A stretch of DNA of 64,000 nucleotides from Synergistota bacterium (GTDB lineage Bacteria; Synergistota; GBS-1), in NCBI GenBank assembly GCA_025060595.1, contig JANXBX010000006.1, forward strand, positions 65,657-129,656, read 5' to 3'. The notes under the pieces were generated by a model, which ran no database searches, was not told the origin of the DNA, and saw only the letters and a program-made list of their open reading frames with translations. The position numbers and the translations under genes are program-made. Within the stretch, counting starts at the first letter, position 1. Each line of letters starts with the position of its first letter. Below, one piece after another: positions 20,438 to 30,646 of the stretch.

Positions 20438-22456
20438 ATGAGCGGTATTAAAAGCCTCAGGTTAAAGATGTTAATCCTTCTACTTCTTCCCACCATAGCT
20501 CTATCAACTATTATAACATTTATTACTGAAAAAAGACTGAGTTTCTCAATTGCCTCCATAGTTGAAAACATGTCGCTTGAGTTATCTGTTAAAGGAGCTA
20601 ACATAATTGATGAGTGGCTTAAGAGCGTAGTAAATGACATGGACTGGCTTGCAGGAACGAATGCGGTAAAGGATGCATTAAAGAGCGGTGACTGGAATAA
20701 TCTGCTAAAAAACTACCTTCCGCCAAGAATAAAGAATAAACCATTCCAAGATTTGTTTATAGCTGATGCTACGGGAAAGGCCGCAAGCCCGACCACCCCT
20801 GACTCAACTGTAGATGTAAAAGATAGAGAATACTTTAAGCAAATATTTCAGCAAGGTAAAGATCTCCATATCGGAAACGCTATTATCTCAAGAGTAACAA
20901 ATGAACCTGTCTTTGTAATTGCTAAAGCAGTGAAAGATGAAAAGGGTAATACTATGGGAATAATTTTTGCAGCCATACCTCTTACCACCTTTTCTAAGAT
21001 AGCCTCGGAAATAAAGTTAGGAAAATCGGGATATGGATGGATAGTAGACGCAAGCGGAACTGTTGTAGCGCATCCTCGCCAGGAATATCTCATGAAGCTT
21101 AAGATAAGCGAGGCCTCCAAAGCTAACTTTAAGGGACTTGAGGAAGCATCAGGAGACATTCTAAACGGCAAAACAGGATACACCAAAGTTACTCTACCTA
21201 ATGGATCTACTAATTTAACTTTCTATGCTCCCATCAAGGTCGCTAAGGGCTGGGCTTTCCTAGTAGACATGCCTGAGAAGGAGCTATATTCTTATAGTGC
21301 AGGCATAGTAAGAAACATAATAGTGCTTTTGGGAATATTAATAGGCGCAACAGCTTTAATAATCCTCCTTGTGAGCTTTTCCATATCCAAGCCTTTAAAG
21401 GAGCTTGCCCAGAAGGTGGCAAACTTCGGTAAGGGAGATTTAACGGTTAGCTTCCAGGCAAAGGGTAAAGATGAGGTAGCCCAAATAGCTCAGGCATTAA
21501 ACCTAATGGCGAATTCCTTAAGAGAATCTTTAAAGACCATAAGTGAAGGATCCAATCAGGTAACATCCTCGGCAGAAAACCTCGCAACTATAGCAGAAAA
21601 TGTAAGCACAGCAAGTGAGGAGCTTGTAGCGCAAATGGAGGAAATAAACAAGGCAGCGCAAGATGCTTCTGCATCCATAGAAGAGGTCAATGCTGGTATC
21701 GAAGAGATAGCATCAAGCGCTCAAAACCTCTCAAAAGCCGCACAGGACTTAACGGAAAGGGCAAAAGAGGTTGATAATGCCGTTAAAGAGGGAGAGGAAG
21801 CCATAAAGCTTATAGTTGATGTAATAAATCAAACTAAGGAAAAGTCTAAAGATACAGAAAGGGCGGTATCTGAGCTTTCCGAAATGGCCAAAAACATCGG
21901 AGATATACTCCAAACTATAAGCTCTATAGCTGAACAGACTAACTTATTAGCATTAAATGCCGCTATCGAGGCAGCTCGCGCAGGAGAGGCTGGTCGCGGA
22001 TTTGCCGTTGTAGCTGATGAAATAAGAAAGCTTGCTGAAGGGAGCAAAGTGGCGACAAATAAGATATCCCAGATACTAAACCAAATAAAGCAAGGGGCTC
22101 AAACTGCAGGCCTAGCCACATCTGAAACTGCAAAAGCGGTAGAAAAGGCTATGGAAAGCTCCATAAGAGTGAAAGATAAGCTCTTAAGTATATTAAGAGA
22201 GATAGAAGGAATGAGCTCTCAAATAGAGAGCCTAGCGGCAACAGCTCAAGAACAAAGCGCAGCTACTCAAGAGATGAGTAGCGCTCTAGACATAGCTACA
22301 AGATCCATAACCTCTATAGCTCAACAGGTTGAAGCTGCTACTGAGGTATCAAAGAAGCAAGCGGACTCAAGCCAGAACGTCAGTGCCTCTGCAGAAGAGC
22401 TATCCTCCATAACTGAGAGCCTGCAGGAGATGATAAGGAAGTTTAAGGTAGCATAA
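20438..22456 (+). CDS. Methyl-accepting chemotaxis protein (TM-dCache-TM-HAMP-MA)
   Basis: DREYF and GYGWIVD..G.VVAHP Cache motifs, HAMP GDLT...DEVAQ, signalling motif [26 protein letters not shown]. Confidence 0.92.
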   Translation: MSGIKSLRLKMLILLLLPTIALSTIITFITEKRLSFSIASIVENMSLELSVKGANIIDEWLKSVVNDMDWLAGTNAVKDALKSGDWNNLLKNYLPPRIKNKPFQDLFIADATGKAASPTTPDSTVDVKDREYFKQIFQQGKDLHIGNAIISRVTNEPVFVIAKAVKDEKGNTMGIIFAAIPLTTFSKIASEIKLGKSGYGWIVDASGTVVAHPRQEYLMKLKISEASKANFKGLEEASGDILNGKTGYTKVTLPNGSTNLTFYAPIKVAKGWAFLVDMPEKELYSYSAGIVRNIIVLLGILIGATALIILLVSFSISKPLKELAQKVANFGKGDLTVSFQAKGKDEVAQIAQALNLMANSLRESLKTISEGSNQVTSSAENLATIAENVSTASEELVAQMEEINKAAQDASASIEEVNAGIEEIASSAQNLSKAAQDLTERAKEVDNAVKEGEEAIKLIVDVINQTKEKSKDTERAVSELSEMAKNIGDILQTISSIAEQTNLLALNAAIEAARAGEAGRGFAVVADEIRKLAEGSKVATNKISQILNQIKQGAQTAGLATSETAKAVEKAMESSIRVKDKLLSILREIEGMSSQIESLAATAQEQSAATQEMSSALDIATRSITSIAQQVEAATEVSKKQADSSQNVSASAEELSSITESLQEMIRKFKVA

Positions 22457-22463
22457 AATAAAT

Positions 22464-22493
22464 AAGGCCTCCCCTTTTAAAAGGGGAGGCCTT
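22464..22493. terminator. Bidirectional terminator between convergent genes
   Basis: Perfect 30-bp palindrome AAGGCCTCCCCTTTT|AAAAGGGGAGGCCTT. Confidence 0.75.
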
Positions 22494-22508
22494 TAATTCA
22501 ACCTTTAC

Positions 22509-23858
22509 TTAAACTTCTGGAGCAGGTGGGATTATCTTCGACTCCATTAAAAGCTTGACCATTTCCCTTGACGACTTTATCGCCTCTTCCGCCTTCTTAA
22601 GCAGTTCCTCACGAGTAAGCTTAACCCTCGCTATACCTTGCTCTATAGCCTTAAGTCCGACAGCCGCGGCTTCCTCCACATATACCTCCCACATTTCCAT
22701 GGTAGGAAGTATAAAATCCTCTGAAAGAAGATTCTTTTTCTCAACATAGTCAGCCAAGGCGGTAGCAGCAGCTATACACATCTCATCAGTTATAGTTTTA
22801 GCTCTAACATCCAACGCTCCACGGAATATGGCTGGAAAACCAAGAGAGTTATTAACCTGATTTGGGAAATCAGATCTTCCTGTTGCAACTACCTTAGCCC
22901 CCGCCTCCTTAGCATCCCATGGCCATATCTCAGGAATAGGGTTAGCACAAGCAAATACCACTGCATTCTTAGCCATACCCTTTACCCAATCCTTCTTCAC
23001 AGTATCAGGCCCAGGGGTGGAAAGAGCTACTAATGCATCGGCACCCTTCATAGCGGCTTGGGCATCCCCAGCCACCTTTTCAGCGTTGGTCTTTTCACAC
23101 ATCTCCCACTTCTCCTTAAACTTATCTTTGTTCTTTTCTATGTCGGTCCTACCCTTATGAAGGGTACCCTTAGAATCACAAAGTATTAAGTTTCCACCAG
23201 GAACGCCAGCAGCCATAAGAAGCCTCGCAGTGCATATACCGGAAGCACCTGCACCTAAAATGACTATTTTCATATCCTGAAGTTTCTTCCCTACTATCTT
23301 AGCAGCGTTAATCAAGCCAGCTAATACCACAGCGGCGGTACCTTGCTGATCATCATGCCATACAGGTATTTCCATTTCATTTCTTAACCTCTCAAGTATA
23401 TAGAAACACTTAGGCTGTTCTATATCCTCGAGATTTATTCCACCAAAGGAAGGTTGAAGGTATTTAACGGTCTTAATAAACTCATCGGGATCCTTAGTAT
23501 CAAGGCACACAGGAACAGCATCAACTCCACCAAGGTACTTAAAGAGCAGAGACTTACCCTCCATAACAGGCATGGCAGCTTCAGGACCTATGTCACCTAA
23601 TCCTAATACCCTTGTCCCATCAGTTACTACAGCAACTACATTCCACTTCCAGGTATACTCATACACAAGCTCCTTATTAGCCTGAATAGCTTTGCATGGA
23701 GCAGCAACACCAGGAGTATACCAAATAGCAAAATCGTCGATGCTTCTTACAGCACACCTTAAGCCAGTTTGAATTTTACCGCGGTAAAACTTGTGCAATC
23801 TCATCGCATCCTCAGCTGGCTTGCTCGCCTTCTTTAAGAGCTCCTCCTTAGTTAACAT
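22509..23858 (-). CDS. NAD(P)-dependent malic enzyme
   Basis: YTPGVA, VLGLGDIG, EGK, NLEDI, HDDQQGT, GAGASG, TGRSDFPNQVNN. Confidence 0.93.
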   Translation of the reverse strand: MLTKEELLKKASKPAEDAMRLHKFYRGKIQTGLRCAVRSIDDFAIWYTPGVAAPCKAIQANKELVYEYTWKWNVVAVVTDGTRVLGLGDIGPEAAMPVMEGKSLLFKYLGGVDAVPVCLDTKDPDEFIKTVKYLQPSFGGINLEDIEQPKCFYILERLRNEMEIPVWHDDQQGTAAVVLAGLINAAKIVGKKLQDMKIVILGAGASGICTARLLMAAGVPGGNLILCDSKGTLHKGRTDIEKNKDKFKEKWEMCEKTNAEKVAGDAQAAMKGADALVALSTPGPDTVKKDWVKGMAKNAVVFACANPIPEIWPWDAKEAGAKVVATGRSDFPNQVNNSLGFPAIFRGALDVRAKTITDEMCIAAATALADYVEKKNLLSEDFILPTMEMWEVYVEEAAAVGLKAIEQGIARVKLTREELLKKAEEAIKSSREMVKLLMESKIIPPAPEV

Positions 23859-23871
23859 CTGTATCCCTCCC

Positions 23872-24423
23872 TTAAAGCACTCTATATTTCTTTACTCCCT
23901 CTACATAAAGATCGTTACCATTAGCATCTATACCCACTATCAGAGGAAAATCCTCCACCTCAAGCCTGTATATGGCCTCGGGCCCGAGATCTGGAAAGGC
24001 TATAACCTCTGCTTTCTTTATGCGCTTTGCAAGCAAAGCTCCAAGTCCACCTATGGCTAAAAAGTAAACTGCCTTATGCTTTTTCATAGCCTCAATAACC
24101 TGAGGCTTTCTTAACCCCTTACCTATCATACCCTTTAACCCATGCTCTATTAACGTAGGAGTATAAGGGTCCATTCTACCGCTCGTGGTAGGACCAGCAG
24201 AGCCTATCACCTGACCAGGCTTAGGGGGACAAGGTCCAACATAATAAATTACTTGCCCCTGAAGATCAACGGGAAGCTTTTCTCCACGAGATATCATCTC
24301 AAATAAGCGCTTGTGAGCTGCATCACGACCAGTATATATAACACCAGAGAGCAACACTTCATCTCCCGATTTAAGGCTTAAAACCACTTCATCCGTTAAA
24401 GGAGTAGTTATCCTTTTAACCAT
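23872..24423 (-). CDS. Fe-S hydro-lyase beta subunit (class I fumarate hydratase / tartrate dehydratase)
   Basis: GRDAAHKR, GPTTSGRM, IGKG, LGPEAI. Confidence 0.9.
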   Translation of the reverse strand: MVKRITTPLTDEVVLSLKSGDEVLLSGVIYTGRDAAHKRLFEMISRGEKLPVDLQGQVIYYVGPCPPKPGQVIGSAGPTTSGRMDPYTPTLIEHGLKGMIGKGLRKPQVIEAMKKHKAVYFLAIGGLGALLAKRIKKAEVIAFPDLGPEAIYRLEVEDFPLIVGIDANGNDLYVEGVKKYRVL

Positions 24424-24437
24424 GCGTTAGCACCCCC

Positions 24438-25283
24438 TTAAAGGACTACCTCAACGTGCCTTGCAACATGACACTGAATACTGACTGCCACAGGCAAAGC
24501 AACCAAGTGCGTCGGATACATCTCGATGTTAACTGCCAGAGCAGTTACTCTACCACCCAATCCCTGAGGACCTATACCTAATTTATTTACTTCCTCTAAA
24601 ATCTCCCTCTCAAGAGCAGCTACTTTAGGATTCGGATGAAACTCTCCTACCTTTCTAAGTAAAGCTTTCTTCGAGAGAACCGCCGCCTTATCCATAGTCC
24701 CGCCGACACCCACACCAACTAATATAGGAGGACAAGGATTAGGGCCAGCCTTTTCAACAGCCTCTAAAACAACTTTCTTTATTCCCTGAGGGCCATCCGC
24801 TGGAATTAGCATTCTAACCTGAGACATGTTCTCACTACCGCCACCTTTAGGCATAACAGCTATCTTAAGTTTATCTCCAGGAACGATATCAGTGTAAATC
24901 ACGGCAGGGGTATTATCCTTCGTATTCTTTCTCTCAAAGATCGGGTCGTCAACAATAGATTTCCTCAAATAGCCGTTTATATAGCCGCGCCTTACACCCT
25001 CGTTTATAGCATCATAGAGATTACCGCCAACTATATGAAGATCCTGACCTAACTCAACGAAAACAAGCACAATACCTGTATCTTGACAAATAGGAACCTC
25101 CTCTTTGGCAGCAACGAGAGCGTTTTCCACAAGGAGATTGAGAATATTCTTACCAATAGGGGATTCTTCAATGTCGTAAGCCTTTTTAATAGCATCCATA
25201 ACATCAGAGGGCAATATATTACAAGCTTCTATACACATCTTCTCAATGACAGGAATAATCTCGTTTACATGAAGCTCCCTCAC
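24438..25283 (-). CDS. Fe-S hydro-lyase alpha subunit (class I fumarate hydratase / tartrate dehydratase)
   Basis: PICQDTG, KGGGSEN, NPCPP, GPQGLGG, QCH; start moved to the SD-spaced GTG 25283. Confidence 0.9.
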   Translation of the reverse strand: MRELHVNEIIPVIEKMCIEACNILPSDVMDAIKKAYDIEESPIGKNILNLLVENALVAAKEEVPICQDTGIVLVFVELGQDLHIVGGNLYDAINEGVRRGYINGYLRKSIVDDPIFERKNTKDNTPAVIYTDIVPGDKLKIAVMPKGGGSENMSQVRMLIPADGPQGIKKVVLEAVEKAGPNPCPPILVGVGVGGTMDKAAVLSKKALLRKVGEFHPNPKVAALEREILEEVNKLGIGPQGLGGRVTALAVNIEMYPTHLVALPVAVSIQCHVARHVEVVL

Positions 25284-25309
25284 ACAGATCACTCCTCCTT
25301 TACATAGAG

Positions 25310-25975
25310 CTAAAGGGAAGAAAGCACATTCTTGGATATATTTTGTATATGCTCTCTTATTGCTTCCTCAGCCTTTACAAGATCCCTTTCCTTTATAGCT
25401 TCCCAAATCTTTTCATGTTCCCTCAAAGAGTCCAAAGCTCTACCTGCAGTAAGAAGAGAGCGAAACTTATATCTTATAAGATGAACATTAGCACGCTCAT
25501 AAAGCTGTTTCAAAACGGAGTTATTAGCGAGATTTATTATTTTATCATGGAACTTACTATTTAGCTCAGAGTAACGAACAAAATCGTATTTCTCTAAGGC
25601 ATCTTTCATCTCTTTTATTATGTCACCCAGCTCAGCGATATCCTTCTCGCTTGCCCTAGTACAAGCAAGCCTAATAGCCGTGATCTCTAGCCCTTCACGA
25701 ACTTCAAAACACTCTGCCAAAGTTTTCTCAGACACAGGAGCAATTACAGCGCCTTTTCTTACCTCTAAAACTGCAAGTCCCTCATAAGCAAGTCTCTCAA
25801 GGATCTTCCTCGCAATCCTCCTTGATATCCCGAATTTCTCCATAAGTTCAGCCTCTCTCAGTCTCATTCCTTCTGGAAAATAACCTGTAACGAGCGACGT
25901 GTAAACCTTATTAAATACTTCTTCGAAGGTTAATGCCTCAGCCGAGGAAGACGATCCTCTTTTACCCCTTTTCAT
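25310..25975 (-). CDS. GntR (FCD) transcriptional regulator
   Basis: wHTH (LREAELMEKFGISR), FCD motifs FH..I...ANN and EH..I..AI. Confidence 0.85.
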   Translation of the reverse strand: MKRGKRGSSSSAEALTFEEVFNKVYTSLVTGYFPEGMRLREAELMEKFGISRRIARKILERLAYEGLAVLEVRKGAVIAPVSEKTLAECFEVREGLEITAIRLACTRASEKDIAELGDIIKEMKDALEKYDFVRYSELNSKFHDKIINLANNSVLKQLYERANVHLIRYKFRSLLTAGRALDSLREHEKIWEAIKERDLVKAEEAIREHIQNISKNVLSSL

Positions 25976-26046
25976 TGCAACCCCCCCTATTTCTCAAATC
26001 CCCCTCCTAATCTACCATCGAATCAACCCTTTTATTTTAATGAACT

Positions 26047-27135
26047 CTATAATTCCTTTTTCCTTGCTTCACTTAAAAACCTATTAAAGAGCTCTGAGGC
26101 ACCTATTCTTTCGCACACATCTTTAAATTCCTTCAACACTTCAGAAGTCAAAAGCACGTCTTTACCTTCGCTTTCAGCCGCCTTTAGAAACTCTATCTCT
26201 CCTGGCATATAAATCCTTTCCCCTTCTTTGGTCGGAGAAGATTTTACCTTTCTGATGTAATCATCAACGAGAGTCTCGAAATCTCCAGGAACAAAAACTG
26301 ACGGATCCAAAACCATAAATAAATGGCCTATTCTCATCACCTTAGAAAAGTCATCATTTGCTCCTACATCCTCAAGAAAAGCCGAACCTGTCAACAAGCC
26401 GCTTAACAGATCTATTATCAAGGCAAGACCATAACCTTTAGGCCCGCCTATTGGAAGCAAAGTCCCTTTCAAAGCCTTAACCGGATCATCAGTAGGCAAT
26501 CCATTCTCATCTATAGCCCAACCTAAAGGAATCTTTTCACCTTTTAAAGCCGCCAATCTTATCCTTCCACGAGCAACTACAGAGGTAGCCATATCAAGAA
26601 CAATGGGAAGCTTGTTCTTAGCTGGTATACCTATAGCTATAGGATTGGTCCCAAAAAGAGGAGTCTTCCCACCCCACGGAGCCATTGCTGGAGCAGTGTT
26701 AGATATGGCCAAACCGATCATGCCAGCTTTAGTAGCTCTTATAACATAGTAAGCCAAGCTTCCTAGATGATTAGAATTTCTAACTCCTACAACTCCAACA
26801 CCATATTTACCGGCAAGCTCAATGCATCTATCGATCGCCCAACATCCAACAACAGGTGCTATACCATTACCCGCATCAGCAAGTATAACCGCCCCCCGCG
26901 AGGAAACCTCCCTTATATCCGTTTTAGGGTTCATGAGGCCCAAGTTTATCCTCTTAATATAAACTGGAAGGCGAGCTATACCATGAGACTTTACTCCTCT
27001 AAGCTCAGAAAAAATTAAAGAATCAACGAAAAGCTCAGCATCCTTCTGAGGAACTCCTACTAAAGACAACAGGGAAGAGCAAAAACTCCGCAAACTATCC
27101 ATCTTCACCTCAACATTACTCATAAGGCACTCCAT
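26047..27135 (-). CDS. Ldh2 family (malate/L-lactate/sulfolactate/ureidoglycolate) dehydrogenase
   Basis: SHGIARL, NSNHLG, GTNPIA, LDMATS, GGPKGYGL. Confidence 0.9.
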   Translation of the reverse strand: MECLMSNVEVKMDSLRSFCSSLLSLVGVPQKDAELFVDSLIFSELRGVKSHGIARLPVYIKRINLGLMNPKTDIREVSSRGAVILADAGNGIAPVVGCWAIDRCIELAGKYGVGVVGVRNSNHLGSLAYYVIRATKAGMIGLAISNTAPAMAPWGGKTPLFGTNPIAIGIPAKNKLPIVLDMATSVVARGRIRLAALKGEKIPLGWAIDENGLPTDDPVKALKGTLLPIGGPKGYGLALIIDLLSGLLTGSAFLEDVGANDDFSKVMRIGHLFMVLDPSVFVPGDFETLVDDYIRKVKSSPTKEGERIYMPGEIEFLKAAESEGKDVLLTSEVLKEFKDVCERIGASELFNRFLSEARKKEL

Positions 27136-27288
27136 TTTATTTACCTCCTTCAGAACCTTTCAAGAGGCTATTATATCAATTAAAGTAAAATAAAAAAAGG
27201 AGGGGGGAGGGGGGTGGGGATCGCTACGCTATCACTTCCCCCTCTCGATCTTATTATGTTTATCCTAACCCGAAGGGTTGATATCTCT

Positions 27289-28200
27289 TTACTCAGGAAT
27301 AGCCATATCAGGCTGACCGTTCGCACTCTGAACAGCCTCAGGATAGTAGCGTCTCACAAACTCGACAGTTAGAGCAGCCTGATAAGCCATATCTTTACCA
27401 TTTTGAGCGGTCGTCTTTACACCATGAGCGCTAACAACGGAGTTACCCGTCTTAAGATGTATAGGAGCAGCTATTCTAACCATCTCAGGAGCCTCAAAAA
27501 CCCTTATAAAACCACCAGAAGCTGGAGGATTATCTACATGAACATCCAAGGGAACTTTAACAGCCTGTCTTAAGGCAGCTATCATGGGAAGCTGCATATC
27601 TCTAACAGGGTTAATAGAATCAGCACCTAGATTCTCAAGCAACTTGAAGGACGCGGGATTAGCATGTCCACAGTGAGCGGATACCTTGAACCTCACATTC
27701 TTAGGAAGCTCTCCGGCCTTTCTCATCTCATTTAGTACCCAGAGCATACCTTCATCATAAACCAATATTCCCCTAACACCCAACTCAACACCACGCAAAA
27801 CATCCTCAATGGCCCTGACAAGCTGCTCAGCACCCCTTAGCCTATAACCGATTCTAACACCCTGAGAAGTTAACATGGTAGCGCTCGTATCATAAGTAGC
27901 TCTGGGACCAACAGACATATTAAGCTCTATACCATTATCCTTACAAATAGCAACAAACTCCTTTATCTCCTTAGCGGTGTAACGCATCATACCGAACGTA
28001 TCATCAACACGGTTTATAGTTATTCCCAAACTTTTAGCAGTATCCAAAAGGGCCCTCAAAGCCTCAGCAGAGTTAACGGTGGGAACCTCTATACGGAAGT
28101 GAGCCCCATCCGGAAACCTCATATTAGAAGTAGGTAAATCCCACGAATCTGAACCAGGTAAACCAAGCTTCTTTAAAAACGCTCTTGTCCGATCGAACAT
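27289..28200 (-). CDS. Uncharacterised U32-peptidase-like TIM-barrel protein
   Basis: RFPDGAHFRIEVP, GPRATYD, DEG, KVSAHCGHANP, GGFIR; no U32 four-Cys cluster motif. Confidence 0.6.
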   Translation of the reverse strand: MFDRTRAFLKKLGLPGSDSWDLPTSNMRFPDGAHFRIEVPTVNSAEALRALLDTAKSLGITINRVDDTFGMMRYTAKEIKEFVAICKDNGIELNMSVGPRATYDTSATMLTSQGVRIGYRLRGAEQLVRAIEDVLRGVELGVRGILVYDEGMLWVLNEMRKAGELPKNVRFKVSAHCGHANPASFKLLENLGADSINPVRDMQLPMIAALRQAVKVPLDVHVDNPPASGGFIRVFEAPEMVRIAAPIHLKTGNSVVSAHGVKTTAQNGKDMAYQAALTVEFVRRYYPEAVQSANGQPDMAIPE

Positions 28201-28247
28201 AACTCATTCCCTCCTTAAAAATCTAAGTTCTCTTCAATGCTAACATT

Positions 28248-28276
28248 AATATAGCACTTTCAAACCAACTTGTCAA
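28248..28276 (-). promoter_or_regulatory. sigma70 promoter for the U32-like gene
   Basis: TTGACA-17 bp-TATATT with extended TG. Confidence 0.7.
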
Positions 28277-28352
28277 TATAATCTTCGAGCACAACTTATA
28301 AATATTTTTTGTAAACATTCTTGTTACAAAAACGAACATCAATAAAAGAAGA

Positions 28353-28381
28353 GCCCATACGGATAATATACCCGCATGGGC
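28353..28381 (-). terminator. Stem-loop after tctA (same stem sequence as 35596-35630)
   Basis: Minus strand GCCCATGCGGG-TATATTA-TCCGTATGGGC followed by TCTTCTTTT. Confidence 0.6.
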
Positions 28382-28402
28382 CACTATCCCTTCCAAACCT
28401 CT

Positions 28403-29860
28403 TTAAACTCCCTTCTTCACATATCTATACTGCAAAAGATAGCTTGCCACCACTAGCAGGATTATTACAAGACTTATGGGACGAGTAAAGAAAGATATGA
28501 AAAGATTTCCAAGGCCACCAGAAATTATCAAAGCTTTTCTGAAGTTCGTCTCTATCATGGAACCAAGTATTAAAGATAAAACTATGGGGCTGACGGGGAA
28601 ACCACCTTTTTCCATAGCATATCCAAGAAGGCCAAATATGATCATAAAAAGGACATCATAAACGTTGTTTTGCAGAGCATAAGAACCAACGATGCAAAGT
28701 ACGGAAATAAACGGAATCAAGAACCACTTAGGAAGGTTCAACATCCTAAGCATCAAGTTGCTTCCAAGAATACCAAGAACATAAGCGAAAATCGTTCCTA
28801 TAACTAGAAAAACAAGTATCATATAAAAATAATGTCTTTCCGTTAGCATAAAGGTAGGACCTGGTAATAACCCATGAAGGTAGAAAGAACCCAACATAAC
28901 AGCTGTAACAGAATCACCGGGTATTCCAAGAGTTAAAAGGGTTGTTATAGCTCCACCAATAGCAGCATCATTGGCTATTTCAGGTGCAGCAACTCCCTCA
29001 TAAGCTCCCTCACCAAAAGGTCTGGTTGGTTCCTTTATCAGCTGTTTTGAAACACCATAAGATACCAACGCTCCTATGTCTCCACCAGTTCCAGGAAGCA
29101 GCCCTATTATAGCCCCTATAGGGGCAGACCAGATAAAACATTTGGCTACCTTTTTAAAAACATCAAATCTAGGGAATAACCCTCTAAGGTTGAAATAAAA
29201 TCCCTCAACTTTAAAAGATCTCCTGCTACTTAGCTGGACAAACACCTCCTTCATACCAAAAAGACCAATCATTGCAACGATGTAGTTTATCCCGCCCCCT
29301 AGAGCAGTTATACCAAAGGTAAATCTCATTAAGCCTGTTATGGGATCCATACCTACAAAGGCTATTATTAAACCCAAACAGGCCGCTGCCAGCCCCTTAA
29401 GCATACTCCCCTTACTTAAAACGGAAACAAGAGTTAAACCCCAAAGACACATCAAGAAGTACTCATGATCTCCAAACCTTAAAGCAAATTTTCCAATAAT
29501 GGGGCCAAGAACAGCAAGAAAGAGTATCCCAAAAAAACCACCAAGTAAGCTTACAAACATGGAAAGGCCTAAGGCAGTATCTGCTTCCCCTTTCTGCTTT
29601 AAGGGATAACCATCGAATACTGTGGCTACTGCAGCAGCAGTTCCAGGAATGTTCAAAGTGATAGCTGAGATAGAACCTCCCATAACTCCTCCACAGAAGG
29701 CACCTATTATAAAAGCCAAAGCATCCATCATATGCCAGCCAAAGGTTAAGGAGACGACCAGAACCATAGTCATGGTCACCGTTAAACCAGGCAGTGCCCC
29801 CATTATTAACCCAATGATTGTTCCTATCAAGATGTACACAAGAAGAAGAATTATACTCAT
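28403..29860 (-). CDS. tctA: Tripartite tricarboxylate transporter large permease TctA
   Basis: GALPGL, NIPGT, DGYP, GLLPGTG, EIANDA, GIPGD. Confidence 0.9.
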   Translation of the reverse strand: MSIILLLVYILIGTIIGLIMGALPGLTVTMTMVLVVSLTFGWHMMDALAFIIGAFCGGVMGGSISAITLNIPGTAAAVATVFDGYPLKQKGEADTALGLSMFVSLLGGFFGILFLAVLGPIIGKFALRFGDHEYFLMCLWGLTLVSVLSKGSMLKGLAAACLGLIIAFVGMDPITGLMRFTFGITALGGGINYIVAMIGLFGMKEVFVQLSSRRSFKVEGFYFNLRGLFPRFDVFKKVAKCFIWSAPIGAIIGLLPGTGGDIGALVSYGVSKQLIKEPTRPFGEGAYEGVAAPEIANDAAIGGAITTLLTLGIPGDSVTAVMLGSFYLHGLLPGPTFMLTERHYFYMILVFLVIGTIFAYVLGILGSNLMLRMLNLPKWFLIPFISVLCIVGSYALQNNVYDVLFMIIFGLLGYAMEKGGFPVSPIVLSLILGSMIETNFRKALIISGGLGNLFISFFTRPISLVIILLVVASYLLQYRYVKKGV

Positions 29861-29877
29861 CCTAATCCCTCCTTACG

Positions 29878-30378
29878 CTACGGTAAAGCAACTAAAAAGA
29901 TCTTATTAAAAACAATATCTATTGAGTACACGATACAGAGAGACATGGCAAGAAGAATTACAGTCTTCTTTAAGATATTCCCATTAAGCTCGTTCCCAGA
30001 AAAAGCGAACATCGTTCCCATACAGAAAATCAGCGTAGTAAGTTTAAAGTGAAGCTTCTCCACAACCATAACATACACCACGAGCGCAAGGAAATATAAT
30101 ATAACAGTCCGCAAGTCCCTCATGTTAGCGAGATGAGTTTCTCTATCGATTTTATGCTCTTTCCAAAACTTAAACTGAGTTATCAATATAGATAACAATA
30201 GAATCAAAAGCGTAACAGCAACCAAAAAAGGAAAGATCAAGGGAGAATCAATAGTCAATAAAGGAATGTTATCAACTTTATTGAAAGTGTAAAGGCTATA
30301 AAAAACAAGGGAATTCGCAACAAACATAACAACTAAGGTTACTATGTCTAATAGCCTAGAGTAATCCATCACCCTCAC
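29878..30378 (-). CDS. tctB: TctB-like small permease
   Basis: About 4-5 TM segments, ends in LP, lies next to tctA. Confidence 0.7.
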   Translation of the reverse strand: MRVMDYSRLLDIVTLVVMFVANSLVFYSLYTFNKVDNIPLLTIDSPLIFPFLVAVTLLILLLSILITQFKFWKEHKIDRETHLANMRDLRTVILYFLALVVYVMVVEKLHFKLTTLIFCMGTMFAFSGNELNGNILKKTVILLAMSLCIVYSIDIVFNKIFLVALP

Positions 30379-30383
30379 CTTCT

Positions 30384-30557
30384 CTAAGCTTTTTCTTCAA
30401 TAGCCTCGCTTGGACAAACGCTCTTACAGGCATAACACTCCACACACAAATTCACATTTATATAAGCCTTACCATCAACCATTTGAGTTGCACCAGTTCC
30501 GCAGACCGCAATACAAGCTTCACAAGCTTCGCACTTACTAACATTGACTACCAGCAT
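30384..30557 (-). CDS. 2[4Fe-4S] ferredoxin (57 aa, missing from the ORF track)
   Basis: MLVVNVSKCEACEACIAVCGTGATQMVDGKAYINVNLCVECYACKSVCPSEAIEEKA; two CxxCxxCxxxC motifs; SD GGGGG. Confidence 0.9.
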   Translation of the reverse strand: MLVVNVSKCEACEACIAVCGTGATQMVDGKAYINVNLCVECYACKSVCPSEAIEEKA

Positions 30558-30597
30558 TGATTATTCCCCCTTTTAAGTATCCTCCGCGTTTTAAAAT

Positions 30598-30632
30598 AGG
30601 CTCACCCCTCTTTAAAAGGGAGGGGTGAGCCT
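30598..30632 (-). terminator. Stem-loop between tctC and the ferredoxin gene
   Basis: AGGCTCACCCCTC / GAGGGGTGAGCCT arms; typical hairpin after a solute-binding-protein gene. Confidence 0.6.
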
Positions 30633-30646
30633 TTAAATCTCAAAAT

